The notes under the pieces are model-generated. The model saw only the letters and a list, made by a program, of their open reading frames with translations. It was not told the DNA's origin and did no database searches. Of a stretch of DNA of 64,000 nucleotides, positions 23,616 to 34,460 are shown one piece after another. Both the position numbers and the translations under genes were made by a program. Every line of letters begins with the position of its first letter. Position 1 is the stretch's first letter. Source of the DNA: Lama glama (taxonomy: Eukaryota); assembly GCA_028534125.1 (NCBI GenBank), contig CM052817.1:37512001-37576000 (forward strand), written 5' to 3'.

Positions 23616-24021
23616 CAAGAAAGTTCTTCCTATCTGGTGCCCAAAATCAATGTAGTCTCTTAAAATGTTATTTATAATGCACCTGACAGAAATGTTACTT
23701 TCCTATTAATGTCCTTATAGTACTACCCGCCTCTCCCTGACAGCGAGGTTAAAGTTTCTGGGGACAGACACTCCTGCCTTTCACACCCAGGGATCATGTT
23801 CATTGGTAACGGAACACTATTTTAAGCAGATGGGCCAAAGGCTCTTTCAATTAGATGATTATTCATCTATGTATGGATTCTTACCTATTAGTATGCAATT
23901 TATAATTAACTACCAAAATAGATGTTGGATCCTTTTAGCTATTCCTGAACATAAGAAAGGGAAATGGACAGATTGTTTATTATGTGATTTCCAGTATTAA
24001 AAATGAAGGCAAAAAAATCTT

Positions 24022-24157
24022 TTTTTTTTTTTTTTTGCAGGGGGAAGGTAATTATGTTTATTTATTTGGTTTTTCAGTGGAAGTACTGGGGATTGAACCC
24101 AGGACCTCATACATGCTAAGCATGCACTCTACCACTTGAGCTATACCCTGCCCCCCC
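24022..24157 (-). mobile_element. tRNA-derived SINE (Vic-1-like) with TSD aaatctt
   Basis: A and B boxes on the minus strand, poly(T) head on plus; TSD at 24015-24021 and 24158-24164. Confidence 0.92.
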
Positions 24158-24546
24158 AAATCTTAAATAATTCTTATTTTCATCTAAACTAGCTCAGAAT
24201 GAGAATTACATTTCTGAGTCTGGCTCAACGAAGAAATGGACAAAAGATTTTTGTAACCATTGTTTTATGTCTTTTTCTATTTATGTTTGGAATATAAATT
24301 CCTAAAATCCTAGAATCCTAGAATTCTAAAGTTGGAAGGGAGAGAAGAGAAAGTGAATTGAATTACCTTATATTACAAATACAGAATGTACTAAGAGGTT
24401 ATGTGACCCACTCAAGATAATACCCCTAGCTAAACAAGCAACTGGGGTGAAACCCAGGAAATCAATCAATGATGAAACCACTATAGCTGAAGTAATCACT
24501 CAAATGATACTCTACACAAATGTAAGTTACGTCTCATAAGTCTCAC

Positions 24547-24645
24547 CAGAAGAGCAGGATCGATTTCCGGTAGCACACCAGGTGGAGGTCTGCAGAGAAG
24601 CAAGGATACTTCTGGAGATGTTCCCCTGAGAGCGGATATGACTTC
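24547..24645 (-). CDS. PTPN13: PTPN13 exon, PDZ3 end ([33 protein letters not shown])
   Basis: cag|GAA acceptor, CTG|gtgag donor, 99 nt, phase 0-0. Confidence 0.97.
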
Positions 24646-24758
24646 CTGGGGGTACCATGAATGAAAGATGAAGATACAGTTAAACAGCATTATGAAATCA
24701 TTTTCAAAGGCCAATCCATCCCATTAAAAATGTTACATTCCATATGCTCGGGGCTCAC

Positions 24759-24973
24759 CTGCTGAGACAGTCCTTTCAAAGAGGCTCCGTTCACTTTCAA
24801 GATAACATCTCCCACATCTATTTTTCCACTTTCTGCTGCTGGCTGTCCAGGAAAGAGTTTTTTAACCCTTACTATGCTGGTATTCATTTGTTCAGGTACA
24901 AGGTTATCTTCTCGAGAAAAACTGAATCCGAGCCCTGAGCTGTTTTTAAACAATTTCACCTCAAATGTGTTCT
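24759..24973 (-). CDS. PTPN13: PTPN13 exon, PDZ3 (ENTFEVKLFKNSSGLGFSFSRED...GASLKGLSQQ)
   Basis: cag|AG acceptor, CAG|gtgag donor, 215 nt, phase 1-0; GLGF carboxylate-binding loop. Confidence 0.97.
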
Positions 24974-25887
24974 CTGGAGAAAAAAGATATCCCAAAAATT
25001 TAAATATTTTTAATGTGTTGTGTATACATATGAACATATACACATATATACTCAGATACATTTTAAAAAGCCCATTTCCACTCTATTTACAACTTTATAT
25101 GTACTTGCTGTACCCTTATTCTACATTCAAATACTATTTCATACTCTTTATCATTAAGAAAATTTAGTTTCAAAAGAAACTAAAAGAATAACCAAGAAAG
25201 GATGAAAAAAACATATTTAAAGAAAGAGCAACAAAAGAAATAAAGGACATGGGGCAGTAGGACGGAGTGGATAAGCAGATTTTATTTTCATAATCAGCAA
25301 AGATAACATAGGTTGGGTTGTATTTTCTCCTTATTTGAGGGACTAATTCAGCACTATTAACATTTGTATAATGACATAAAAATCTGAAATAAAAGCAAAA
25401 CAATGACTATATACCACCACCAAGGACATTAATGCGCCGCAAAAGGAAGACAGATGGACTCTTAGAGTAAAAGGCACTTCTGTATTATGAACAAATTTAG
25501 CCTTATGAAAAACTCACTTCTACATCAGTCTTAATTTTCTGATTTTACTACCAGTTAGTGGTAGGTATATCCAAAGGCTGGCAAAGTTTGCAAGAAAGAT
25601 CAGTATCTGTGAACTGTTAGGTGAATTTCTACCCCGGGTTAGCTTCACAAGTCCATGAAATTAAACAGACAAATAGAAAATGTAAAAGCCAAGGTTTCAT
25701 GTGGGTTTGAAGCCATTCTAGGCAATTATTTGTATTTATTTTTTTCCCTTACAAATTTTATTTTGAATTTTACAACTATTTAAGGCACTATTAAATGTCC
25801 ATAATTTGATTCATGTATGATTTCATTATCCAAAGCCTTTCAGACTTTAAGAACTTAAAATGTGTCTGTTTCTTAAAACAAAAAAAA

Positions 25888-26027
25888 GGGAGGGGGGAAG
25901 ATATAGGTCAGTGGTTCAGTGCCTGCCTAGCATGCACGAAGTCCTAGGTTCAATCTCAAGTACCTCTATTAACAATAAATAAATGAATAAACCCAGTTAC
26001 CCCCCACCAAAGAAAACAAATTAAAAA
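25888..26027 (+). mobile_element. tRNA-derived SINE (Vic-1-like), more diverged
   Basis: tataggtcagtggttcagtgcctgcctagcatgcacgaagtcctaggttcaatctc...aataaacccagttacccccc. Confidence 0.88.
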
Positions 26028-26161
26028 TAATTCAGTATAGTGCTGCATCAGATTATTATTTACACTTGACAAGAATAATTAAAGACACCCAACATGTAAA
26101 ACTCGTTTTGAATAATCCAGGAATAAGTTTAGGATAAGATGACAGGCTCCCAGGGTCTGAC

Positions 26162-26324
26162 CTTCAGTAACAAAGCTGTAATCTTTGACAAGCGTTATTT
26201 TCTTCGTCATGTTTTCTGGAGCTGGGCCTTGGGCATCTGGATCTGAAAGGGTGCACTGTGGGGTTACAGGGACATGTTCTTTGGATGCTGGAGACTGTCC
26301 CTTTTCTAACAACAGATGAACCAC
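26162..26324 (-). CDS. PTPN13: PTPN13 exon, PDZ2 end and linker (VVHLLLEKGQSPASKEH...KDYSFVTE)
   Basis: cag|GTG acceptor, AAG|gtcag donor, 163 nt, phase 0-1. Confidence 0.96.
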
Positions 26325-27020
26325 CTGGACAAACAGAAGAGCACTTCATTAGCTGTGAAGAATCATAAGAAAGTAGGTAAGTTTTCAGGACTTTGTACAG
26401 TTGAGGGGGGTACAAAATCATTTAAGGTAACTACCTGGTCCACCAAAACACAGATGGAGAAAAAAACAGAGGGACAAAAGCAAGGGATTGAGAATTTCAA
26501 AATCAAGTTTTTATTATTTTCTGTATAAAAAGATAAATGGTTAAAAAGAAAAAATTCTATTATAAAAATAATATAAACATGTTAGAGAAAATTAGGGTAT
26601 TAGGATAAAATCAGCACTATCCTTATAAAGACCATTATAAATAATTTGGTAAACACTGTAACTCAAAATGTATTAGAGCAATGTGAATTTAGACTTTGGG
26701 CTGAAGGATAACTAGAAATGAAAACCACTAGATGTCTGTAAATGTTTAAGAGAAGAATTATAAATGCAATCCATCCCCCTCCTCCTGTCAGATCTCTGGA
26801 TATTAAAGGCTAATGTGAAATAGAAGGTCAGCTTCGTCAGTGAAAATCCCTGTCAAATACTCACTTCCAAAATTGGAAGAAAAACAATACGAGAATGTTT
26901 CCATGAGTCAGGCTTTGTTTCTTGACTAACAAATCTGGAGATCTCATTGAAACTGGTATCATGCGCACATTATTACATTCTGCTAAGGGATCCTAAAAGG
27001 GTGGTATAATGATCTATTAC

Positions 27021-27106
27021 CTGTCCTGTGTTTCTCAGGGTTTCCACAGCTTGCTTGTGAGTAGCTCCTTCCAGACTAACTCCATTGACAGCGAGGACAC
27101 GATCAC
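27021..27106 (-). CDS. PTPN13: PTPN13 exon, PDZ2 (GDRVLAVNGVSLEGATHKQAVETLRNTGQ)
   Basis: tag|GT acceptor, CAG|gtaat donor, 86 nt, phase 1-0. Confidence 0.97.
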
Positions 27107-27711
27107 CTATAAATTAGGCAGTAATGTTGAAAGAAGCAAATCATAAAATGAAGATTCTACATGCTCTTTAGTATCTTGTGGTCTTGTTTTGTGCTCATTT
27201 GCTCGAGGAGAGACAAATTCTTGACAAAACCGTGTCACAGAGTTTCTTTAATACGTATTTAATTTCTTTTCCAATTCTACGGCTCATCCTAGGTACCTTT
27301 TAGAAGAAGGTATTGTAAATAGTATAAAACCAATTTAAATCATGGAAAAAAGATAAACTGTACTACAAATGCAGAGAGACTGGAGGGAACTAACCTAGTT
27401 AGTTCTTACTGGGCTGCAGATGTCAGCGCTTTGGCCAGGGCACTATCCCTTTCCTGTTTTGCTTCTTGGAAAGTACAAGACATGAACTAAAACACTGTAG
27501 ATATTTTCTGATACTAGAGAATAAGCTGGAAAGAAGAGTTTTATGAATTACATCAAGGAGCTTTTTAATGCTGCAGTCCTAATTGGTATATTCTTATTTT
27601 ATATTATGAATCATTTGAAGATCTGTATCGACATTCCAGTTTCTTCTGTACTTGCTGAAGTGATGATCCTGCATGTAATTCCCTTTATGTAATTACACAC
27701 AAACACTCTAC

Positions 27712-27805
27712 CTTTGTGAATTCTGCCATCGGACTCTGCTGCTCCCTTGGGAATAACAGCTTTCACATAAATGCCACCATGTCTGACACTGGTATTCACA
27801 CCTCC
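27712..27805 (-). CDS. PTPN13: PTPN13 exon, PDZ2 (GGVNTSVRHGGIYVKAVIPKGAAESDGRIHK)
   Basis: tag|GGA acceptor, AAG|gtaga donor, 94 nt, phase 0-1. Confidence 0.97.
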
Positions 27806-28886
27806 CTAAGTGGAAAAAGACAGAATAACATTTTGTAATGTGAAAAATGTCACACTTTATCTTTCAAATCCGAGACGTAGAAAGCATTCAATTTATCAAA
27901 GCCAAAAGCAGCAGAATCATATTAGCACATGCAATTACTGTAATTCCCATGAATATTTCTAGCTAAGTTTTCCAAATGTTAAAGCAATTACTTTTTAGGA
28001 AAACTCTTTATTCAGAAAATAACAACATGGCAGATCTTGAGTTGCTTTTCCTTTTTTAACCCTATACCATGCATTAGGCACAAGCAGAAAGCAAAATCCA
28101 TCCATGCAACATTAGTTTGCAAATAGAACTGTCAGAAAAAAACAGCATATGAAATAAAATATTTCAAATCATATTTGCTAATCTGAAAGCAAATCTCATA
28201 AGTCAAGGAAAAATTGTCTTAGAGTTATGGTATTTAAAAAACTGCTAGAAAATTAGTTTTTCATTTTGGTCTCTATAGTTAATAGTGCTGTTTCTGCGTT
28301 ATTTCTAAATGGCTTTTTGTAACTAACAATATCCTTCAAACGTCATAAATGATAATGTTCTACTTTAGGGTAAAATATATTCACTAACAGAATTCTAAAG
28401 TAATTTCACCAAATAGCTGATGCTTATATTTCAACTACTTTAAAAGTACTACATATATTCTTGGGAACCTCTAATTTTAAGATACTAATCATATTTATAA
28501 GATGTATTACAAAGAGAAAGGGCATATAAATATACATTCGACTTTAATTATTTATGATGTAGGTTAAAATGTATTATTCCATGCTTATGCAGAAGCTGTC
28601 AAATGTATACAAAGCATACTTATTAATTTTATATTTTCTGAATCTTGTATTCAGATTAGGCAAGTATGAAAACCATGGAGGAAAAAAGTAGCATTTGTCT
28701 AATTTCTTTCAAACCAGAGGAAAAAGTGACCAGCACACTTAAGTTTTCAGAAGAAGTTTTAAGTTATAATTCAATGTTAAATTTTGGAAATATTTGACAA
28801 GTTTCCCTTTTGAAGCAAAATAATTCAGTGAATAAACTGGCACACAATAGGCTGCTGGAAATGGAGAAGAGAAAACATTTGAAAAC

Positions 28887-29033
28887 CTTGTCAAACAGTA
28901 CCGTGACACTTATCCCCAAGCTGTTATTATTTTTAGCCAGTTCAACCTCAAAGATATCTCCAGGTTTAGGAGGTGATGATGGAAAAGTTTTAAAATTCAT
29001 TTTGTTGGATGTATTCATTGAGGAGGAAGATTC
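28887..29033 (-). CDS. PTPN13: PTPN13 exon, PDZ2 start (ESSSSMNTSNK...LGISVT[VLFDK]); alternative donors at 28902 and 28887
   Basis: aag|GAA acceptor; ACG|gtactg (132 nt) or AAG|gttttc (147 nt) donors, both phase 0. Confidence 0.95.
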
Positions 29034-30056
29034 CTTAACAAAGAAAAACAAACAGAAGGATTTCTTGTTAGAGCCAAACTGAATTATTAATGGAAGATCA
29101 ATAAGTGTTTTTTGGAAAAATTGAGAAAAAAACAAGATATTAAGACTGGATTCAAAGATCATGAGGGTTGGAAGCAATCTTAGGGATCATCTAATCCAAT
29201 GACTTCACAGTTTATGGTTGAGGAATCTGAGGTCTAGAGATTAAAGGGTTTGCTTTAGGTCAAACATTTATGGCAGAGGCAAGCCCAGAAAACAGCTCAG
29301 CTCTGGCATTCACACTATCCTCATCCAATGCTTTCTATACACTCAAATTTTAAGTACTTCTATTTGCTTTAAAAATCAATATATATCAAACAACAGCTTT
29401 TAACTTGGGCCTTTAAGATGAGAAGGCTTCATGTTTACTTTGCTAATGTTTATAAATCCAGTATAAACATAGGCACAATAGCTGAGCCCCGTTTATAAGG
29501 GCATAACTCTCTTACGAGGAGGAATGCTGGCTTTTCAGTTAACAAAGGGTTTAAGGTTCTCTTCTGAATCTGCTTGTGAATATGAGTTCAAACTTACATC
29601 ATTTCTAAAATTTCTGGGAAACGAGCAATTTTCTATGTTGTCCTTATGATCAGACATTCAGAACTTCAGAATAGTAGGCCATCAATAGTAAAGTCAACCT
29701 CCCACTATATGAATTATTTAGGAACAATTTTTTTCAGATATTAAATTCTCTTATTAATAGAAATAGTAAGTATGCAAGAGATAAACAATTTGTAGAAAAC
29801 AATCATAATCATTGCTTTGTGTAATCATATAGCCAAGTTCCCAGAATAATAGCCATTTTGGAGTTAGTATTTGAAGCTGCTAATTTCTCTGAATGTTAGC
29901 ATCAAATGCAGCAGTAGTTAGTAGCAATGTATAAACGATTCCTCCTTTCCAGAATAATGTACTCAGTTTAGAGTGGATTATTCTGCTCTGTAATATATTT
30001 GCTGTTGTTTGCTTTGTTAAATCAAAAAAAAAAAAAAGACTCAAATTAAACGATGC

Positions 30057-30520
30057 CTTTTTTAGCGTGTGATGATCCTGACTGCTGGAGTAAGTGGCTT
30101 CATCCATGTCGGAATCTCCACGATCAGAGTGATCCGCTGCATCAGATAGGCTGGTGTTTTTAGCTTTGCTTCGGTTACTGTCAGTAGAAGTCTGCTTTTT
30201 CTCAGTGGCTTTGGATACCACAGATGGGGAAGGGCTGCCATGCTGTGATTCCTGCCAGCTTCGGTCACCTACATGGCTGGCAAAGAAACCATTGACCTGG
30301 CTCTGGGACAAGCTGGCACTCTCAGTCCTGGAATCTTGAGAACTCAGGCTTCCTTCCCGCAGGCCCCCAGACAGCACAAATGAGCTCTCTGAGATGTGCC
30401 TCGGGGTGCCATGTTGCCAGCTGTGATCCTCAGAAGAATCTACAGCACTGTCTTGCATGTGAGAAGGTTTCTTCATGTAGTTTTTCATGCCATTGGCAAT
30501 GCGCACAGGGGTAGAAGGCA
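30057..30520 (-). CDS. PTPN13: PTPN13 exon, PDZ1-PDZ2 linker (VPSTPVRIANGMKNY...SSSQDHHTLKK); ends at a GC donor
   Basis: tag|TG acceptor, 464 nt, phase 1-0; the junction predicted by homology falls at AAG|gcatcg. Confidence 0.92.
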
Positions 30521-31229
30521 CTAAAAAGTCAAAATCCATCAATGAGTAAAACAGGTTAGTGACACACGTCTGTGCTTATATTCACACACAATGTTCCCTG
30601 ATGATCGCTGAAAGGATTTTACACAGGATAACACATGCACAACACCTGACCCAGGGCCTGGAACCACAACAAGGACCCAACAGATGTAGCACATGCTTTC
30701 TGTTTCCTTGGCTCCCTCTTTTGGTCATTCTTTCTGCAACTTCTAATGAAATGCACACCCCCTTCGCCTTAACTCCCCATTTTCATTCTCCAAGACCTAT
30801 TTCAAGTGAGTCCCCTGTGAAGACTTTCTTAATTCCCTAACTAGAGATAATCTAAGTCTCCAAAAATCCTTGACCCTTATTTAATGGTTATTTATATACT
30901 TGTTTTATATTGTCCTACCAGACTGCAATTTTGGACTCCAAGGAATTACCAAGGAAGGCAACTCCATACTCCTTACGTACATAGTTCTTTAAAAAAGCCA
31001 CCTGGGGATACTCTCCTAAGACACAAACCACAGGTGATATGTGTAAAAGAATTTACACACTGCAAATTTATTAGAAATGAAGAGCTTTAAATGGCAAGCA
31101 AAACCAAGGAAAACTTAAATAATATACACAGAGTTCCTAGATGTCAGTAACGAAGTGTACAGTGTTAGGCAGTGAGACAGAGTCTGACCCCGGACTCTGA
31201 GCCCTTCCCACTGGCCGCTGCACTGCACA

Positions 31230-31420
31230 TCCCATGTGTGCTTCTTTCAAACACTGCCCCCAACTTGATCCTCATGACAACACTGTGCAAGACAGACAAG
31301 GTAGGGCTGAGGTCACGGTATCCTCTTTAAAGAAAGAAAAATAACCATAGCTCAAGAGAACTTAAGTCATACAGCTAATAAGTGGCCCAGGCATGGCTCA
31401 AACTCAAGTCGTCTGATCCC
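31230..31420 (-). mobile_element. MIR SINE (diverged)
   Basis: gatcctcatgacaacactgtg...aagtcatacagctaataagtggc...aaactcaagtcgtctga; boundaries approximate. Confidence 0.6.
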
Positions 31421-31899
31421 TGTCAAGTGTCGTTTTTCCAACAACAGGCTAATGGCAGGGATTATGAGACAAAATGATATGGTCTTGCTTTTAAATTTCT
31501 GGTATACTGGTACCCTTTCCTTTTATAATTGGGTTCAGGCCAGGACTTCAAAGATAATGATTATATAACTATATTAATTAGGCAATGATTAGGAATTTTA
31601 TTTCTGATTTGGCCTAAGAAGTGATGGAATACACTGACTATTCAAAATTTACGGAAGCGATATTGATTTTGCACAACAAATCCATTTTTATGCGTATGTT
31701 ACTAAAGAGGAATGAGACAGAATCCTAGAAGTGATGAATGAAAGTTATACCGATGTATAGAATTAAAGCAATCAGAACTGCACATACCACATTTCCTGAA
31801 AGAATATAAGAAGCTTAAACCCAATTTATTGTTCAAGGTATTGAAGTTCTTGTGGAAAGTGAGATAGAACATACAGCTAAGAGACAGGCACAGCATTAC

Positions 31900-32031
31900 C
31901 TTTGGGTATCTTTTCTTTTGGCTGAGAGATAACAAGTGTCACGTCTTCAGGTGCATTTTGCAAAATTTCAATTGCAGCATGGTGGCTGACCCCTTCCAGA
32001 CTGACACTATTCACAGATATCAAACGGTCCC
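31900..32031 (-). CDS. PTPN13: PTPN13 exon, PDZ1 end (GDRLISVNSVSLEGVSHHAAIEILQNAPEDVTLVISQPKEKIPK)
   Basis: cag|GG acceptor, AAG|gtaat donor, 132 nt, phase 1-1. Confidence 0.97.
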
Positions 32032-32199
32032 CTGTAACAACAGACAGTCCAGTATTTTCAACAACAAAGAGAAATTCACGCTAAATCTTAGAAATGTCAC
32101 CTCCCTTCATTATTTTTGTTTTGCCGAAGTTCTACTTTCACTGTCTTGCAAATTCATGCCTGTCAGTAAGTATCTAGAAATTTCCTAAATTTAAAGTAC

Positions 32200-32307
32200 C
32201 TGGCTTTAAGCATCCATCCAAGTCAGCTGGTCCTCCAGGGGTGATTGAACTAATAAATACACCGAGATCCAGTCTTCCCATCTTCTCTCCACCAATAATT
32301 TGAAATC
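32200..32307 (-). CDS. PTPN13: PTPN13 exon, PDZ1 (GFQIIGGEKMGRLDLGVFISSITPGGPADLDGCLKP)
   Basis: cag|GA acceptor, CAG|gtact donor, 108 nt, phase 1-1. Confidence 0.97.
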
Positions 32308-32338
32308 CTGTGAAACAGCACATTTTAAAAAGATCTTC

Positions 32339-32697
32339 ACAGGGAGAGGTAACATAGGGGTAGGAGGTTATGAGGTACAAACTGGTATATATAAAATAAA
32401 TAAGCTACAAGAATATACTGTACAGCATAGGAACATAGCCAGTATTTTATAGCTATAAATGGAGTATAACCTTTAAAAATTGTGAATCATCACAGTGAAA
32501 AAAAAATGTGACAATGAATATATGTATGTTCATGTATAACTGAAAAATTGTGCTCTACACTGGGATTTGACACAACATTGTAAAATGACTATAACTCAAT
32601 AAAAGAATGTTTAAAAAAATTGTGAATCACTATGTTATATACCTGGAACTTATGTATTATTGTAAATCAACTATACCTCAATAAAAAATAAGTTAAA
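32339..32697 (+). mobile_element. 5'-truncated L1 3' end containing a nested younger L1 3' end (32490-32614)
   Basis: Outer TSD aaaaagatcttc (32327-32338, 32698-32709); inner TSD aaaaattgtgaatca (32475-32489, 32615-32629); each element has its own AATAAA and A-tail. Confidence 0.92.
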
Positions 32698-32984
32698 AAA
32701 AAGATCTTCGTGCTATTGGTGCTTTCAAGGACTAATGACTACCCTGCTTGACACACAGATGTGCAGACTCATAGCAAATACGATTTAGTAGGTAATGCAT
32801 GTGAGATGGGACTTAAACTTGGTGGAAATATTGCTTGTTAGCATTTCATCTTTGGCATTTCCTGGCTGGCCGTGTGGGTTTAGGGGATGCAGATGGGCAG
32901 AGTGGCCGGTGCCTCAACGCCAACACTACGCGATCCACTTTTTCTCTTTCAATTCTCAGATCTTTTACAATCTTAGTGACTTAC

Positions 32985-33074
32985 CTAAGCCATACTTTGC
33001 ATCTTTTTTCAGGTTCACCAGAGTGATCTCCCTTTCTGGTGAAGACACTATGCTCCATCTTTTGTGTAGCACAT
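32985..33074 (-). CDS. PTPN13: PTPN13 exon, PDZ1 start (DVLHKRWSIVSSPEREITLVNLKKDAKYGL)
   Basis: tag|AT acceptor, TAG|gtaag donor, 90 nt, phase 1-1. Confidence 0.96.
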
Positions 33075-33470
33075 CTATTGGAAATGAACAATTTTAAGAT
33101 AAAGTAAACATAATATGCTTAGGCATTGACACTGCTTATTTCAATTTAAATAACAGCTCATTAATGAATTGCTGCATCACTTTAACATTATATTTTAAAT
33201 AATATAATGCCATTATTTTATATTTTGATAGTGATTTATAGTTTACCAAATGACTATATGCTATCATATTTATTCCTTATAAATAGTAACTTGTGAAATG
33301 AGTATATTTCAGTTACAAATGAGTAAATAAATCTTAAGAGGTTAAATGATTTGCGCAGGTTTCCTCAGCTAGTACAGGCAAGAGGTGAACCCTAAACTAA
33401 GGTGGTCAGACCCCATGTCTTTCTGTTACAATGAATTTGACAACACTCAATATGTTAAGAATTTCCCACT

Positions 33471-33590
33471 GAGGGGGAGGGTATAGCTCAGTGGTAGAGT
33501 GCCCGCCTAGCATATAGGCCAGGACCTTCCTTAAAACAAATAAATAAATAAACCTAGGCACCCTCCTCCCTGAAAAAAGGGGAAAAAAAA
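33471..33590 (+). mobile_element. tRNA-derived SINE (Vic-1-like) with an internal deletion of the B-box segment
   Basis: ggggagggtatagctcagtggtagagtg head; TSD aagaatt(t/c)cccact at 33457-33470 and 33591-33604. Confidence 0.9.
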
Positions 33591-34090
33591 AAGAATTCCC
33601 CACTAATAAGTGGCTGGCATTTCTACTTATGAAGAGTAAAATGCTCATAGTAAGTTGTAGGGTGAAACAAAAAGAAAAAATTGGATTTATTCTTTTAAAT
33701 ATTATTAATAATGACTTGGCTAGCACATTTACACTCTCAAAGGACTTTCATTTATTTCTTATTTTATTTGTGGAACAATCTCATGAGGTAAGTTAAAGAG
33801 ATTTCTAATCATTGTCTTGCAGATGAGAAATAGTTCAGGGCTTGCTCAACATTATAGCTAGTATCACTGCCCAGCAAAATGCCTTAAGTAAGTACTCAAT
33901 AAATCCTAGTCAAATAAATTCAGTGAATGTTGGCATCAGAACTATAATTCACTTTTTCTTATTTCCACTTAGGTTTTTTTTTTTTTTTCAGTAAACTGAT
34001 CATTCACAAATATCTCCTAAATTAAACCAATAAATATGCCATTTGTCATGTTAAAATTACTTCATTTACTTAATAATCAAGAGCATTTAA

Positions 34091-34108
34091 ACACACACAC
34101 ACACACAC
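34091..34108. repeat. (AC)9 microsatellite
   Basis: Direct inspection. Confidence 0.85.
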
Positions 34109-34139
34109 AAAATGAACCTAGAACTTACCACTTAGTTCT

Positions 34140-34420
34140 TGTTATGAACTAAACTGGGTTCCTCCTCCCTTTCCCCAGAATACATATATATATTGAAGCC
34201 CTCTCTGTACCTCAGAATTTAACCATACATGGAGATAGGTTTTTAAAAAAAAATTTAAGTTAAAATGAGGTCTATAGGATGGGCCTAATGCAATATGACT
34301 GGTGTCCTTATAAGAAGAGGGAATTTGGATACAGACGTGTGTGCACAGAGGGAAGACCACCACCTACAAAGCCAAGGAGAGTGGTTTCAGAAGAACTCAA
34401 CGCAGCCATCACCTCGATCG
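34140..34420 (+). mobile_element. MLT1-type MaLR LTR, partial
   Basis: tgttatgaactaaa...gggcctaatgcaatatgactggtgtccttataagaagagg...aagccaaggagag. Confidence 0.8.
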
Positions 34421-34422
34421 CT

Positions 34423-34460
34423 TGTGTGCATGTGTGTGTGTGTGTGTGTCTGTGTGTGTA
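34423..34460. repeat. (TG)n microsatellite, imperfect
   Basis: Direct inspection. Confidence 0.85.

Noticed and set aside
22741..30339. Plus-strand ORFs overlapping exons (e.g. 22741, 24744, 28810, 30154)
   Set aside because: Antisense shadows of PTPN13 coding exons with no independent evidence
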